From Methanotrichaceae archaeon (lineage in GTDB: Archaea; Halobacteriota; Methanosarcinia; Methanotrichales; Methanotrichaceae), in assembly GCA_963754945.1 (NCBI GenBank), contig CAVWIG010000024.1:59040-123039 (forward strand): 64,000 nt of DNA, given 5' to 3'. Below, in pieces: positions 41,445 to 55,005 of this stretch (positions are counted from its first letter, which is position 1; the number at the start of each line of letters is the position of its first letter). A model generated the notes under the pieces. It searched no databases. It saw nothing but the letters and a program-made list of their open reading frames with translations, and was not told where the DNA came from. The translations under genes and the position numbers were made by a program.

Positions 41445-43931
41445 CTAAATTCCACCAACCTCTTTTCCGATAACCTCCGCTTCCCTCTCCAGTATCTCCA
41501 CCTCTCGCTCAAACCGCTTGAATAAGAAGACCTTGGCGAGATCCGTCAAAATGAAGGATATCATTGCGTAAACCCACACAAATAATGCAAGCCTCCAGCC
41601 TATCGGGGGTATGAGCAAGCCGTAGACTGCGATAATAGTCGCCACTGTCTGAGTGCCAAGGACCGCAGCAAGAAGTATATTGCTCGGCCTGCTGGACCAG
41701 AAATGGCCTTTCGTCCTGGTTATAAATATAAGAAAATGCCCGGCGACAGAGAGCTTGAGGTACATCATTGATTGCAGAACATCCCTGGTGAGGTGAAGGA
41801 TGTCCACTCCTATGAAAAATAACGTAAAAGATGCTACGGTGCCAACAATGCCCAGAAATGTCGCCATGCCTAGCACGGTCCTCATATCCCAGCGACTAGG
41901 CTTGAACGCATACTCTGCTCGATCGTAGGCTATGGACATGATTGCAAAATCGTTAAGCAAAGCCAGCAATACTATCATTATGGCAGTCACTGGATAAAAG
42001 TTGAATATGATTATGGACAGAGTGATGAAGAGAAGTACTCTTATGGTCTCAGCTATCCGATAAATGGCGTAGCTGTTCATTCGCCGGAATATCTTGCGGC
42101 TCTCCTTGATGGTGTCTATGATGACGGAAAGCCCAGGTCTAGTTAGAACAATTGCTGCAGCAGACTTGGCGGCGTCTGTTGCTCCTGAGACTGCAATTCC
42201 GGCGTCTGCTTTCTTCAAGGCAGGGGCATCGTTTACACCGTCACCCGTCATGCCGACAATGTGTCCTCTGGCCTGAAGCAGCTCTACTATCTTGAATTTG
42301 TGCTCCGGAAATACTTGGGCAAAACCGTCTGCCTTTTCGATGATATCCGTGGCCTCTTTGTCTGGTTTGTCGATGAAGTCGGATGCGGGACCGATATTGG
42401 TTCCTAGACCCACCATTCGAGCGATCTCTTTGGCTATGGCTACGTGGTCGCCGGTTACCATTTTTATGCGGACGCCCAGTGATTGAGCAGTCTTGATCGT
42501 CTCAGCGGAGTCTTCTCTGGGCGGATCTTGCAGAGCAATAAGTCCCACATAGCGCCAGGCTCCTTTGGAGTCAGTGCTGGCAACGCCAAGAGCCCTGTAG
42601 CCCTTCGAAGCGAAATTTTCTACGTCTCGGTCAACTGAGGAGCCCACGATGCTATTTGCTGTTAATGAGAGTATGGCCTGAGGTGCACCTTTGGCTGTCT
42701 TGAAACTGCCTTGAGGACCCTCTATTTCAGCTTCAGTTCTTTTGGAAACGGGATCGAAGGGTTTGAACTTGCCCAATTTGCATCTGCCAGGTTCAACCTG
42801 CTCTTCTTTGCACTTCTTTATGATGGCGATATCTATGAGGTCGCCGTTCTCCTCTCGGGATGCCAGAGCGCCAAACAGCAACACATCCTTCTCGGTGAAT
42901 CCCTCGAAAGGCACTACCTCTGCCACCGTAATGGCATTCTGAGTTATGGTGCCGGTCTTATCTGAGCAGAGAACATCAACGCCTGCCATCTCCTCGATGG
43001 CTGCCAGCCTGCTCACTATAGCCTCCTTCTTGGCCAGTTCAATCGCGCCCACTGCCATTGTCACGGACAGGACAGCAGGAAGGGCGGCCGGTATGGCGGC
43101 TACTACTAGAACTAGGGCGAATTGTAAAGTCTGCAGGAAGCCCTCATGTCTCAGAGTGGCTACGATGAAAATCAGTGTCACCAGGACCAAGGCAAGAATG
43201 ATCAGATAGTCTCCGATCTTGACTACAGCTTTCTGAAAGTGGCTCTGGGTCTTGGCCAATTCCACTAGCTTGGCAGTGCGGCCGAAGTAAGTATTCATCC
43301 CCGTAGCAAAGACCAGGGCTGTCATCTCTCCCTGACGAACTATTGATCCGGAGAATGCAACCTCTGAGACACTTTTCTCCACAGGCAGCGATTCACCTGT
43401 CAGGGCGGATTCGTCTACCTGGAGGAAATCGCCCTCAATAAGCTTGATATCTGCTGGAACGATCTCACCCAATCGGATTCTAACAAGATCACCGGGTACA
43501 AGTCCTCCGGAGGGGAGGCCTTTCCATTGTCCATCTCTCTGGACCCTGGCCATAGGTGCAAGCCTTTTCTTCAAAAGTTCAATGGCATTGTCGGCTTTAT
43601 GCTCCTGCCAGAAGCCAACCACGCAGTTCATGAGAAGAAGCAAGAAGATGATGGCAAAGTCGTCCCAGCGATTTAGTATTGCGGAAAGAATTGCTGCAGC
43701 CTCAATCATCCAGGGAATGGTTCCCCAGAAATAGCCCAGGAATTTGATTAATGGATTGATTTTCTTCTCTAAAATTTCATTTGGGCCGTATTGCCGGAAT
43801 CTAGCTTTTGCCTCTGAAGTAGAGAGACCGCTCTCGCTCGATGAGAGTCTATTCATCAAATCAGCTACAGATGCCTCCCGAGCTTCATCGGCACCGATGA
43901 TAGAATTTATGTCATACACCTCGATCAACAT
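41445..43931 (-). CDS. Plasma-membrane proton-efflux P-type ATPase (P3A)
   Basis: TGES, IPAALPAV, CSDKTGT, GDGVNDAP, LLNDF (M6 Asp), YAIYRI. Confidence 0.9.
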   Translation of the reverse strand: MLIEVYDINSIIGADEAREASVADLMNRLSSSESGLSTSEAKARFRQYGPNEILEKKINPLIKFLGYFWGTIPWMIEAAAILSAILNRWDDFAIIFLLLLMNCVVGFWQEHKADNAIELLKKRLAPMARVQRDGQWKGLPSGGLVPGDLVRIRLGEIVPADIKLIEGDFLQVDESALTGESLPVEKSVSEVAFSGSIVRQGEMTALVFATGMNTYFGRTAKLVELAKTQSHFQKAVVKIGDYLIILALVLVTLIFIVATLRHEGFLQTLQFALVLVVAAIPAALPAVLSVTMAVGAIELAKKEAIVSRLAAIEEMAGVDVLCSDKTGTITQNAITVAEVVPFEGFTEKDVLLFGALASREENGDLIDIAIIKKCKEEQVEPGRCKLGKFKPFDPVSKRTEAEIEGPQGSFKTAKGAPQAILSLTANSIVGSSVDRDVENFASKGYRALGVASTDSKGAWRYVGLIALQDPPREDSAETIKTAQSLGVRIKMVTGDHVAIAKEIARMVGLGTNIGPASDFIDKPDKEATDIIEKADGFAQVFPEHKFKIVELLQARGHIVGMTGDGVNDAPALKKADAGIAVSGATDAAKSAAAIVLTRPGLSVIIDTIKESRKIFRRMNSYAIYRIAETIRVLLFITLSIIIFNFYPVTAIMIVLLALLNDFAIMSIAYDRAEYAFKPSRWDMRTVLGMATFLGIVGTVASFTLFFIGVDILHLTRDVLQSMMYLKLSVAGHFLIFITRTKGHFWSSRPSNILLAAVLGTQTVATIIAVYGLLIPPIGWRLALFVWVYAMISFILTDLAKVFLFKRFEREVEILEREAEVIGKEVGGI

Positions 43932-44069
43932 ATAGATTTATTTCCAAGTGATATTGAACTTTCGGTGCTCAAATCAAAGCTGGTTAGTTAATCGAATTAG
44001 TGAACTGACCTTGCGATAGCAATAAGTAGTTTAGAATCCCATAAAATGTTCAGAGTCAGAGGAATACCA

Positions 44070-44426
44070 ATGATCGAAAAATTAGCTGAAAGCTCGGGAA
44101 ATGTCGTTGGCTATAAAGCAGTTGGAGTCATAACGGCTTCCGACTACCTGAAGTTAGAGCCTGAAGTCAGAGATTTGGTAGAAAAGGAAGGAAACATATG
44201 TATGTTGATTGATCTGACCGATTTCGAATGGGAAAAATTGGAAACCTGGTTACAGGATCTGGAATTTGGATATGAGTTTCATAAAAAGATCCAAAAACTG
44301 GCAATAGTCGGCAATAGGACATGGGAGAAGTGGATATCACACCTGGCCAGACCCTTCTATGCTCGTAACGTAAAATTCTTCCACACTGACAATATCGACA
44401 AGGCCTGGGCCTGGCTTCGGGAGTGA
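44070..44426 (+). CDS. SpoIIAA-like (STAS/SEC14) protein
   Basis: G.ITASDY, KLAIVG..W, AWAWL. Confidence 0.8.
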   Translation: MIEKLAESSGNVVGYKAVGVITASDYLKLEPEVRDLVEKEGNICMLIDLTDFEWEKLETWLQDLEFGYEFHKKIQKLAIVGNRTWEKWISHLARPFYARNVKFFHTDNIDKAWAWLRE

Positions 44427-44853
44427 CTCGTAGAGTGCGAAGAAAAAAGATGTGCATTTCACATTTTTTACATAGTGGGAAATTATTGGGGTCACACAGG
44501 AGAGACTTTAAACCTATCGGGTAAATCAGGCGGGAGCCAGATGAAACTCGGTTTGGCTTTGATGTTGTTATTGGTTGTGATATAGTAGCTGAGGCACGGA
44601 AGTGAATATAGCCGATCGAGAGGTCCCATATCTGCAATATTGTGCAGGGGTGAGATTTTTTTGCACGACTGGATTAGCTAAGTTCCGAGAAGCAAGAATA
44701 CATCTGTTAATGATCAACTAAGCCAATGTATTCAAAAATTTTAAGTAGTAAGCATTGCTAATACTATTATCTAAAGAGGCCAAGAGCCCCGATATTCATA
44801 GACGATATTTGCAATTTAGGGGAGCCTCTGAATGATTGATGAGGTGAAAGTGT

Positions 44854-46041
44854 ATGAAGACAACAGTCTATTTGGCAATAATCCTTGCAGCCATGATGCT
44901 TCTCTCTATGGCATCATTTGCACAGAAAATGCAAGGAGTAGCGGTTGAATCGGATAGCGTGGCGCCCGCACCGCCATCGATTGGTGCAGATGTACCTTTA
45001 ACTTACTTTGGTCCTGCTCCTTCAACAGTTCAACGTGAACTCGTTGGTCCTTATCAACTGTTGAAGTCCGGCATGATCGATCTGAATGCTGGTACTATCA
45101 CGATGCCGCTGTACCAGGGACAGATGAAGGATGGCAAAAAGGTATGGTACATCCTGACAGACACGGACGATAAAGGAAATGCAGATGCACTCGGCTTGAA
45201 CTATGCCGCGAAGCTGACGTATGCGGCAGTGGGCAAAGCGGTCAGAACTGCAACCCTGGAGAAAAATGCCACCTTAACTTTCGATAGCGGAACAGTGGAC
45301 TTCAAGCCAGTGCACAACTTGGTGCCTGGAGCTGCGCCTAACGCATTCCCACCAAAGAACGCCACTCCTGGGTCAGTTGGTGATGCTGACTACAGCCCCC
45401 TGGTTAAGATAGTCAACGCAGGCGGGCATATCTACAACGCTCCGATGATAGCTTTTAACGTTGATGCCAAACAGCTCATGTTCCCGAACGGCAAGCCTGA
45501 CTATAGCATAGTGGAAGACAAGGTTGTAGCTATCGATCCCAAGAACATGACGGTCACAATGAAGCTCACTCAGGGGTTCAGCTTTGCAAAGCCCGTGCTC
45601 TACCTGAGCACTGAAGCCAGCGACCCATTGGCCGCCACCCTGGAAGGCGCAACCTATACCCCGGCGCTCAGAGATATACCCATAGGACGTGACGACAGCG
45701 CCTTCAGTCCGATCGAGAGGATCTTCGTCTTCATCAATGGTCCCACAGGAAAGGAAAACCCCCAACGCCAAGGACTGAATAGTGCGATAATGGACGGTGA
45801 GTCACCTCTTAACGTCTTAGGAGGCATTCCATCAGTGGCAACTGATTACAGCCCGTTATGGGATATGAACCTGGGCATGTGGACAAATGAGTCTATTAAT
45901 AAAGGCTACAGGTCCAGGATGATTGAGGAGTTCCAGATCCTGGGAATGGCCCAGAAAGGATGGATCACTGGGCCTGCGGGAGGACCTTTTGGTTCGGTGG
46001 GCATAGTCGTAAACTGCCCGATTGCATACCGTTTCCTGTGA
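44854..46041 (+). CDS. Secreted hypothetical protein
   Basis: Sec signal peptide; two YSPL motifs; terminal VNCP; single Cys. Confidence 0.8.
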   Translation: MKTTVYLAIILAAMMLLSMASFAQKMQGVAVESDSVAPAPPSIGADVPLTYFGPAPSTVQRELVGPYQLLKSGMIDLNAGTITMPLYQGQMKDGKKVWYILTDTDDKGNADALGLNYAAKLTYAAVGKAVRTATLEKNATLTFDSGTVDFKPVHNLVPGAAPNAFPPKNATPGSVGDADYSPLVKIVNAGGHIYNAPMIAFNVDAKQLMFPNGKPDYSIVEDKVVAIDPKNMTVTMKLTQGFSFAKPVLYLSTEASDPLAATLEGATYTPALRDIPIGRDDSAFSPIERIFVFINGPTGKENPQRQGLNSAIMDGESPLNVLGGIPSVATDYSPLWDMNLGMWTNESINKGYRSRMIEEFQILGMAQKGWITGPAGGPFGSVGIVVNCPIAYRFL

Positions 46042-46095
46042 ATAACAGGAAACAAACCTTTTTCATTGAACTTACTTTGTAAAGGGGTTGTTGAA

Positions 46096-46860
46096 ATGAT
46101 TGTTGAAAGCAAAAAATTAAGCGGGATAATGTTATTTCTGGCTGTGTTGGTAGCATTAGCTCTGCCAGCATGCACGGCGCAAATGAACACAACTGGAACA
46201 CCTCAGGTCAAGATCATAGAGCCGAAAGAGGGCGCTCAGATCCCAGCAGGAAACATCACCGTTATGGCAAATGTCACGAACTTTAATCTGGTTAATAAGC
46301 TCGGCCAAGCTAATGCCGCGGGCGAGGGCCACCTACATTACTACATTGATGTTGCAGTTCCAAAGACCCCCGGCAAGCCTGCAGTTACAGCGATAGGCAC
46401 CTTCGCACCAGTCGCCAATACTACCTGGACATGGCCGAACATTAAGCCCGGCAAACATAACTTCTCGATCCAGCTTGCGAACAACGACCATACTCCCGTG
46501 CTTCCGTTGGTGTATAATACAGTTAACGTCACAGTAGCGGCTCCGACCTTAAAAGCGATGAGTGTAAAGAGCGTGACAATCAGTCTTGTCGTTAAGAATA
46601 TGTCTTTCAGCCCAACCGAAATCAAGGTTCCTGCTGGAGCCAATGTCACCATCAACTTTGATAACCAGGATCAGTTCATACCTCATAACTTTGCTGTCTA
46701 TACTGATTCCTCTGCCAGAACAGCTATCTACCAGGGGAAGCCCATGACGGGACCTGCCAAGGTAAACTATACATTTACTGCGCCAACTAAAGCGGGAACC
46801 TATTTCTTCCGATGTGATGTCCACCCCACGATTATGACAGGTCAGTTTATAGTTCAGTGA
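46096..46860 (+). CDS. Secreted two-domain cupredoxin (type-1 Cu site) with a His-containing N-domain
   Basis: Signal peptide; GEGHLHYY..NNDH; PHNF...CDVH...M. Confidence 0.85.
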   Translation: MIVESKKLSGIMLFLAVLVALALPACTAQMNTTGTPQVKIIEPKEGAQIPAGNITVMANVTNFNLVNKLGQANAAGEGHLHYYIDVAVPKTPGKPAVTAIGTFAPVANTTWTWPNIKPGKHNFSIQLANNDHTPVLPLVYNTVNVTVAAPTLKAMSVKSVTISLVVKNMSFSPTEIKVPAGANVTINFDNQDQFIPHNFAVYTDSSARTAIYQGKPMTGPAKVNYTFTAPTKAGTYFFRCDVHPTIMTGQFIVQ

Positions 46861-47475
46861 TCCTGGATGACGGTTGCAACATAAGATCTTTGTTGGTGGA
46901 TAACAGGACTTTGAAAAACTTCCATCTGATCGGAGAATGAGCGGGCAAAAGTCAATGTCCTTGGGTGCAATTGGGAACTAATTGGTTTATAGGTGATTCG
47001 CGACTTTCGCCCATAACATGTTTGGCTTCAAACACATTTAAGGACGTGGTACAACCATTGGTTGGTCGCCAAAGCTTCCTGTTCACTGTATTTTTAAGTC
47101 ATCTTTCATCTGCATTATTGCTCTCTGGTCAAATTTCTCCCTTTGTGTAACGAAGCAGATTCACATTGAAAAGGAAAGGAAGGAGGCAAAAGTCAATTGA
47201 TGTAGGAAGAAGAAGTGGACGCACGACTCTTGCCTATTTATTGTTGACATAGTACATATATATAGATGTGGTATGGCCTCGTAACCGATTTTAGGGCAGA
47301 AACAAAGGATCGTTGCTTGCAAAAAAAGAGAGAGCTGAGGTTGCCAATGTAGCCTATTGGCCATCGCAGTTTGAGCTCGACCGGAAACAAAATTGATTTG
47401 GAATCGCTATGCACTTTGAATAAATTGGCTTGATACATATTGCTTAGGCTAGCGATAAATGCATTAAATATCAAT

Positions 47476-48357
47476 TTACCATCTACCAGTTAACGCCTCA
47501 AATCCTGTCACAACATCCAGCAATTCCGAAGTGATAGCGGCCTGACGCTGCCTGTGGAATTGGGCGTTGAGATCATTAAGGTGCTCTTCGATATTCTTTT
47601 CAGCCGCCTGCATAGACAAGAGCCGGCTGGCATTCTCGCTGGCGAGGGATTCGACGAACGCGCGGTAGAGAGTGAAAAAGAGATACTGCCGCACCAGGGA
47701 AGAAAAAAGTTGATCTATGTCCATTGAGAAGGTAGGCAGAGTGCGACACGGCCATTTTTTCTCCACCAGACTATTGAGCCATTCAAGATCGAGTGGAAAA
47801 AGCTGTACCATGTGAGGATCAAAAGCCGCGCCAGAAACGGACCGATTGTAAAAGAGCACTATCTGATCGATCTTCCTTTCAATTCGCCACTCCTCTATCT
47901 TGACCAGCACATCCAGCATTACCTGAGTAATGCCGAGATGGTCTCCATAGAAAGAATGCGCCTCGGTTGGCTGTCCTGCTTCTTCGAGACGGGAGACGAC
48001 GCGCTCTCCTATGGCCAGGGCTATTCTTTCCTGGCTCTCGATCTCGTTCATTTTCTTGACGGCATAACTGGCAATTTGCTCATTAAAACTACCGCACAAT
48101 CCCTGATCGGAGCCAAAGATCACAGCTCCCAGGCTCTTTTTTTTCCCAACAGGCCTGACGCCTAAGAGTTCCCTCGGCTTATTTCGCATAACAATTTGAA
48201 ATCCCATCTCGATGGTTTTATTGTATTCGCCGAGCGATTTCACTGTCAGCTCGTATTCGCGGATGTTCGAAGCCGAAATTGTCTTCATTATTTTGACGAC
48301 TGACTGCAAGTCTCTTGCATTCTTTATCTTCCTCTTCAGCCGCTCCAGCTCTTCCAT
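47476..48357 (-). CDS. atpG: N-ATPase gamma subunit
   Basis: SDQGLCGSFN, SENASRLLSMQAA, RQAAITSEL. Confidence 0.95.
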   Translation of the reverse strand: MEELERLKRKIKNARDLQSVVKIMKTISASNIREYELTVKSLGEYNKTIEMGFQIVMRNKPRELLGVRPVGKKKSLGAVIFGSDQGLCGSFNEQIASYAVKKMNEIESQERIALAIGERVVSRLEEAGQPTEAHSFYGDHLGITQVMLDVLVKIEEWRIERKIDQIVLFYNRSVSGAAFDPHMVQLFPLDLEWLNSLVEKKWPCRTLPTFSMDIDQLFSSLVRQYLFFTLYRAFVESLASENASRLLSMQAAEKNIEEHLNDLNAQFHRQRQAAITSELLDVVTGFEALTGRW

Positions 48358-48378
48358 CTCTTCCTCACTCCATTTTGT

Positions 48379-49893
48379 CTACTTTTTGCCCAGAACATTT
48401 TTGGACATATCCAGAAGCATCTCACGATCCTTGGGCCTGAGCTTTTCGGCCGATGAAATCCGCTGGTACAATTCAGTCATTTGCTCTCGAAGCGCCTTTC
48501 CGATCCTTTTTTTTGCAGATGCAATTTCGTCCAGAGGGATATCATCAAGGACGCCCGCGGTTGCCGCCAGGAGAACAGCGATCTGCTCTGGGGCGGGTAC
48601 CGGCTCATACTGCTGCTGTTTCAGCACCTCGCGGATTCGCCGTCCGTGCTCCAGTGTCTTTCGTGTATCCTCATCCATCTTGGTGCCGAATCTTGCAAAA
48701 TCCTCTAGCTCCTCGAATTGAGAATAAGAAAGGCGCAGATCACCCACAACATCCCGGTATGCAGGAAGTTGGCTCTTTCCTCCTACTCGCGAGACCGACT
48801 TGCCCACGTCGATGGCGGGCAAGACTCCCTCCTCATAAAGATCTGGAGAAATATAGATCTGGCCATCGGTTATGGAAATGAGGTTGGTTGGTATATAAGC
48901 GGATATGTCCTGAGCTTCTGTTTCAATTATGGGCAAAGCTGTTAGGGAACCGCCTTTTATTAGATGAGTGGATCTCTCAAGGAGACGTGAGTGAATATAA
49001 AATATGTCCCCCGGAAAGGCTTCTCTTCCAGGTGGCCGCCGCATCAGCAGGGATATCTCGCGGTACGTACGTGCATGGCGGGTCAGATCGTCGTAAACGA
49101 TCAGGACATCTCGACCCATTTCCATGAAATACTCTGCCATAGTTGTGGCTGCGTAAGGAGCAATGAAGTTCAAACCAGGCGTGTCTTCGCCTGTGGCCAC
49201 TACTACAATGCAGTTCTTCATGGCATCGTACTTGTGCAAATCCGCGATCACTCTGGCTACTGCTGACCGCTGCTGTCCAATGGCACAATAGACGCTTATG
49301 ATTCCTTTATCTCTTTGATTTATTATTGTGTCAATGGCTATGGCAGTCTTGCCTGCTTGGCGATCTCCTAGGATCAATTCCCGCTGGCCGCGACCAACAG
49401 GAATCATTGCATCAACTGCAAGAATTCCCGTCTGAAGCGGAACATTCACAGGAGCGCGGTCCATAATAGCCGGAGCAACACGTTCTATTGGTCGCTGCTC
49501 TCTGGTTTTGACTGGTCCGCCTTCGTCCAGCGGCCTCCCGGTCGGGCCCACAACTCTTCCCAGCAGCTCTTCTCCCACGGGAACGTCCATAACCCTCTCG
49601 GTTCGACGAACCTCCTGCCCGGCTTTGAGCTCTTCGCTTTTATCGAGCAAGATGACGGAAACTTCTTCAGGGTCCAGGTTGAAGGCTATCCCCATCTTGT
49701 CGCCAGAGAACCTGACCAGCTCCTCAGACTTCACATGAGCCTGGCCTTTGATACGTACGATGTCGTTTCCCACGAAGGTTATTGTGCCGATCTCCTCAAA
49801 ACGCATTTCGGGTTGATGACTTTCAAGGGTACGACTAACTACGGAAAAAGCATCAATGAAAGCTTCCTGGAGTTCTTTATTCTCTTTATCCAT
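48379..49893 (-). CDS. atpA: N-ATPase alpha subunit
   Basis: [36 protein letters not shown]. Confidence 0.96.
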   Translation of the reverse strand: MDKENKELQEAFIDAFSVVSRTLESHQPEMRFEEIGTITFVGNDIVRIKGQAHVKSEELVRFSGDKMGIAFNLDPEEVSVILLDKSEELKAGQEVRRTERVMDVPVGEELLGRVVGPTGRPLDEGGPVKTREQRPIERVAPAIMDRAPVNVPLQTGILAVDAMIPVGRGQRELILGDRQAGKTAIAIDTIINQRDKGIISVYCAIGQQRSAVARVIADLHKYDAMKNCIVVVATGEDTPGLNFIAPYAATTMAEYFMEMGRDVLIVYDDLTRHARTYREISLLMRRPPGREAFPGDIFYIHSRLLERSTHLIKGGSLTALPIIETEAQDISAYIPTNLISITDGQIYISPDLYEEGVLPAIDVGKSVSRVGGKSQLPAYRDVVGDLRLSYSQFEELEDFARFGTKMDEDTRKTLEHGRRIREVLKQQQYEPVPAPEQIAVLLAATAGVLDDIPLDEIASAKKRIGKALREQMTELYQRISSAEKLRPKDREMLLDMSKNVLGKK

Positions 49894-50683
49894 TCCTTTT
49901 TTCCTCAGAAGGCAGGAGCTTCTCGGAGGCTCTTTGCAAAGACGCTAGGGACAGATCCGCTCTCAAAGTATCCAGATAGCTGGCGATGCTCCAGCCAATT
50001 CTTGTATCTGACGTACTCATCTCAATGCCGGCTATCAACTCCGGAGAAGGTTCGAACTTGATTTTGAGGTCTTTGCCTGCCAGATTTCGCATTGTTTCCA
50101 GGATAGTCTGTCGAGCCTCATCGGGAATTTCAAAGGTGCTTCTGACGGTGATAGGCCCAGGGGTTTTAAAAAACTCTTTGATTTCCTCTTTTCCAGTCTC
50201 TCTCATTTCCCGCAGACGCCGGATGAAGGTGTCGATTATCTGGGCCTCCAGTTTTTCATCGGCCAGATCCTGAAGGGCCCGGCGAGTGATAGCATAAACC
50301 TCTTCTCCAGTGCGCAATCTCAGGTCTGTGAGGATTGACTCTTTCTGTCGCTCAATGGAAGCGTACCAATCGGCAGTGCTTGCTTCAACTTCCGAACGCG
50401 CTTTTTCGGTTAAATCGGTCTTCAAGGCTCGGACCTCCTCGGCGACCTTTGCGAGCATCTCCTGGCGCTTGTCCTGCAATTCCTGTTTCATCCGGCGAAA
50501 AGATTCGGCCTCCTGCTCAGCCTCTTTTCGTTTTTGCTCCACATCTTTCAATTTAGATACCATTTTTTGCTCTCGTTCGTCCATCGCCGTGATGACAGGC
50601 CTGTAGAGGAAGTGTCTCAACAGGAAGACTAGGATAAGAAAGTTGATGATTTGGGCAATTATGGTGAAATAGTCGATCTGCAC
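49886..50683 (-). CDS. atpF: N-ATPase b subunit (long, with delta-like C-terminus)
   Basis: [18 protein letters not shown], coiled coil, LIAGIE. Confidence 0.92.
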   Translation of the reverse strand: MQIDYFTIIAQIINFLILVFLLRHFLYRPVITAMDEREQKMVSKLKDVEQKRKEAEQEAESFRRMKQELQDKRQEMLAKVAEEVRALKTDLTEKARSEVEASTADWYASIERQKESILTDLRLRTGEEVYAITRRALQDLADEKLEAQIIDTFIRRLREMRETGKEEIKEFFKTPGPITVRSTFEIPDEARQTILETMRNLAGKDLKIKFEPSPELIAGIEMSTSDTRIGWSIASYLDTLRADLSLASLQRASEKLLPSEEKRNG

Positions 50684-50692
50684 GCAATCCTC

Positions 50693-50971
50693 CTATTTTG
50701 CCACGTAGCTCCAGAAGGGATTGGCGAAGATCAGGATTATGGATATCACAAAGCAGTAGATAGCTATGGACTCTACCATTGCCAGGCCAACGAACAGAGT
50801 TCGGGTTATGTTGTTGGCCTCATCGGGCTGCTGAGCAATAGCACTCAAAGCTCTGGACAGCGCCCAGCCTTCACCTATCGCCGGACCAATCGATCCTATA
50901 GCCATGGTTATCCCGGCCATGATTATGGAGACCATGCCGATGGTGTCCACGCTTGCCATATCTACAGCCAC
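50693..50971 (-). CDS. atpE: N-ATPase c subunit
   Basis: PAIGEG, QQPD loop, AMVESIAIY; SD AAGGAGGT. Confidence 0.95.
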   Translation of the reverse strand: MAVDMASVDTIGMVSIIMAGITMAIGSIGPAIGEGWALSRALSAIAQQPDEANNITRTLFVGLAMVESIAIYCFVISIILIFANPFWSYVAK

Positions 50972-50972
50972 A

Positions 50973-51674
50973 TCAAGTACCTCCTTTAGAATCTTTAACC
51001 ATTTTTCTATCATTCGAACTGGCCGAAACAATGTAAACGGTAGCCAGAACCGCAAATATGTAGGCCTGTACCTGGCCGATCAGCAGCCCGAGCAACTCCA
51101 GCAGCACGGGCAGAAACAAGGGCGCAATGGTGAGCAAGATGGCGATCAACATGGACTCGCTCATCATATTCCCGAACAGCCTGACAGCCAGGGCTATTGT
51201 GCGCGAAAACTCTCCGATGATGTGGAAAGGCAGCATGAGGATCGATGGTTCTGCATAATGCTTGAGATAACCGGCAACGCCTGACTGGGCAATTCCATAG
51301 ATGGGAACTGCGAAGAAGACGCATATCGCCAGCGCTGCCGTAGTGGAAAGAGAACTGGTCGGCGTACGGTAACCAGGTACGATATCGAGCAAATTTGCAA
51401 CAGAAATGAAGAGAAATAGAGTGCCCGAAAAGGGAAGATAGCGATCAGGACTCATCTGGGCAATTCCTCGTATTTGGCTATCCATATAGCCGATTAATGT
51501 TTCAAACAGGTTCTGCCAGTGAGAGATTGGCGGTTCGACCGACAGACGACGCGTTGTAAACCAGGCCAAAAAAACCAGCAATGCCATTACGGCCCAGGTA
51601 AAAACTATAGTTTCATTGATGGAAACAAATCCCCATTTCCAGAAGACGATTTCATCGGGGCTTAACTCCACCAT
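50973..51674 (-). CDS. atpB: N-ATPase a subunit
   Basis: PTSSLSTT, LAVRLFGNM, QAYIF. Confidence 0.95.
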   Translation of the reverse strand: MVELSPDEIVFWKWGFVSINETIVFTWAVMALLVFLAWFTTRRLSVEPPISHWQNLFETLIGYMDSQIRGIAQMSPDRYLPFSGTLFLFISVANLLDIVPGYRTPTSSLSTTAALAICVFFAVPIYGIAQSGVAGYLKHYAEPSILMLPFHIIGEFSRTIALAVRLFGNMMSESMLIAILLTIAPLFLPVLLELLGLLIGQVQAYIFAVLATVYIVSASSNDRKMVKDSKGGT

Positions 51675-51675
51675 T

Positions 51676-51963
51676 TCAATCCGACTCCTTATAGATATAA
51701 TGGCCCAGGCGGTGAGTCAGCGCCAGCTTCGTCAATGTGAAGCCAGCCAGGCTGGAGACAAGCCCCACCCAACCGTTGCTGGCAACGAGATAAAAGCAGA
51801 AAATGCACACCGCAGACCGTCCCAGAAAACTGCTCACGGTCAAAAGTGCAGGTTGTCGAGAGCGAGAGAGATGCAGCAGTGTCAGCCAGAGTCCGCCGAA
51901 GTAGAAGACGCCCAGGACAATGCCCGATATCATGGCGAGGGCCAAGACGAGAATTTCATTCAT
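51676..51963 (-). CDS. atpR: N-ATPase AtpR subunit
   Basis: YFGGLWLT, SFLGR; position between atpQ and atpB. Confidence 0.85.
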   Translation of the reverse strand: MNEILVLALAMISGIVLGVFYFGGLWLTLLHLSRSRQPALLTVSSFLGRSAVCIFCFYLVASNGWVGLVSSLAGFTLTKLALTHRLGHYIYKESD

Positions 51964-52275
51964 CCCTTTGATACCTCTCGATATTTTTTTGCTCTTTTTT
52001 AACCCAGTACCAGGCATTGGCACAACCGACAGCCAGTCCGATGGATAAAAATGTAAGCGTCCAAGAGATGTGCCCTGGATACCTTATGTCAAGCCAGACT
52101 CCGATTGCAACGCCGATCAGAGTGGGAATGACCACCGACCAACCAATCATGCCCATCATTCCCAGTCCAAACCAAACGCCTTTGGCTCTATTACGTCTGG
52201 CCTTCATTTTACGCTCTTCTCTGGAGCCTATCTTTTCGGTAAATTCGCCGTCTTTTTCGTACTCGGCTTCGACCA

Positions 52276-52276
<1 letters not shown>
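51956..52276 (-). CDS. atpQ: N-ATPase AtpQ (AtpZ/AtpI-like) subunit
   Basis: GLGMMGMIGWSVVIPT, GCANAWYW. Confidence 0.85.
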
Positions 52277-54092
<1,816 letters not shown>

Positions 54093-54639
54093 CTATTTCG
54101 ACGCAGATCCTAAACGTTCTCTTAATGTCGTATTGTATATTTACTATCCCGCAACAGCAAAATTTGTAATAATTCTCTTATCGATTCTTTCATAACTTTG
54201 ACCCCTGAATCAGAATGGCGTCATTGGTCTCTTTGCTGTATAGAGGATTCACTTCCTCTGCTCCTACAGAGATTGTTGCCAGGTCCCAATTGTCGGAGCA
54301 ATTGGAGTAGGTCTCTTGCTTTTGCATCGGCCATTAGACACCTAGAACGAAGATTATTATCTAAAGGCCAATCTTGCTAGTCTGTTGGACCTAATAGTGA
54401 TAGTATACGTTAGGCCGGAAGGCCAAAGAATTTGTCTCACCTGTTGGAAACGATTCTAGCCCATATGTGGTCAATATCATTCTCAGGAGGAAGGCCATTT
54501 TTTGCCCTAATCTCGCACAGAAGCCGCCTTAGCTCGAAGTCCTCATCATTTAAAATCTCGTTAATTTTATTCATATAAACAACTCTGCGGGTTTTCTTAT
54601 ACTATAATGGGCATCTAAAGTATAAGGTCTTTTTCGAAG

Positions 54640-55005
54640 GTGCTTGAAATGATAAAGGTCGAGAGAATTTATAACGCCCCTGAAAGCGATGGATTCAGGA
54701 TACTGGTAGATCGATTGTGGCCGAGGGGTCTAGCAAAAGACAAAGTAAAGTTAGATATGTGGTTGAAGGAGATTGGGCCAAGTAATGAGCTAAGAAAATG
54801 GTTTGGACACGACCCCGATAATTGGATTGAGTTCAAGGATAAGTTCTTTCAAGAACTCGACCAGAAGAAAGAGCTGACAGATCAGATCATTGCAAGAGCA
54901 AAAGAAGATGATGTCGTACTGCTTTTCGGCGCTAAAGATGAAGAACACAACAATGCCGTGGCGTTGAAAGAATATATCGATAACAGAATGGAGACACAAT
55001 CATGA
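54640..55005 (+). CDS. DUF488/YeaO-family protein
   Basis: RILVDRLWPRG, PSNELRKWFGH, HNNAVAL. Confidence 0.9.
   Translation: MLEMIKVERIYNAPESDGFRILVDRLWPRGLAKDKVKLDMWLKEIGPSNELRKWFGHDPDNWIEFKDKFFQELDQKKELTDQIIARAKEDDVVLLFGAKDEEHNNAVALKEYIDNRMETQS

Noticed and set aside
46861-47475. Short ORFs between the cupredoxin and atpG, and similarly at 54051-54639
   Set aside because: No motifs, SD or coding-like composition that I can support.
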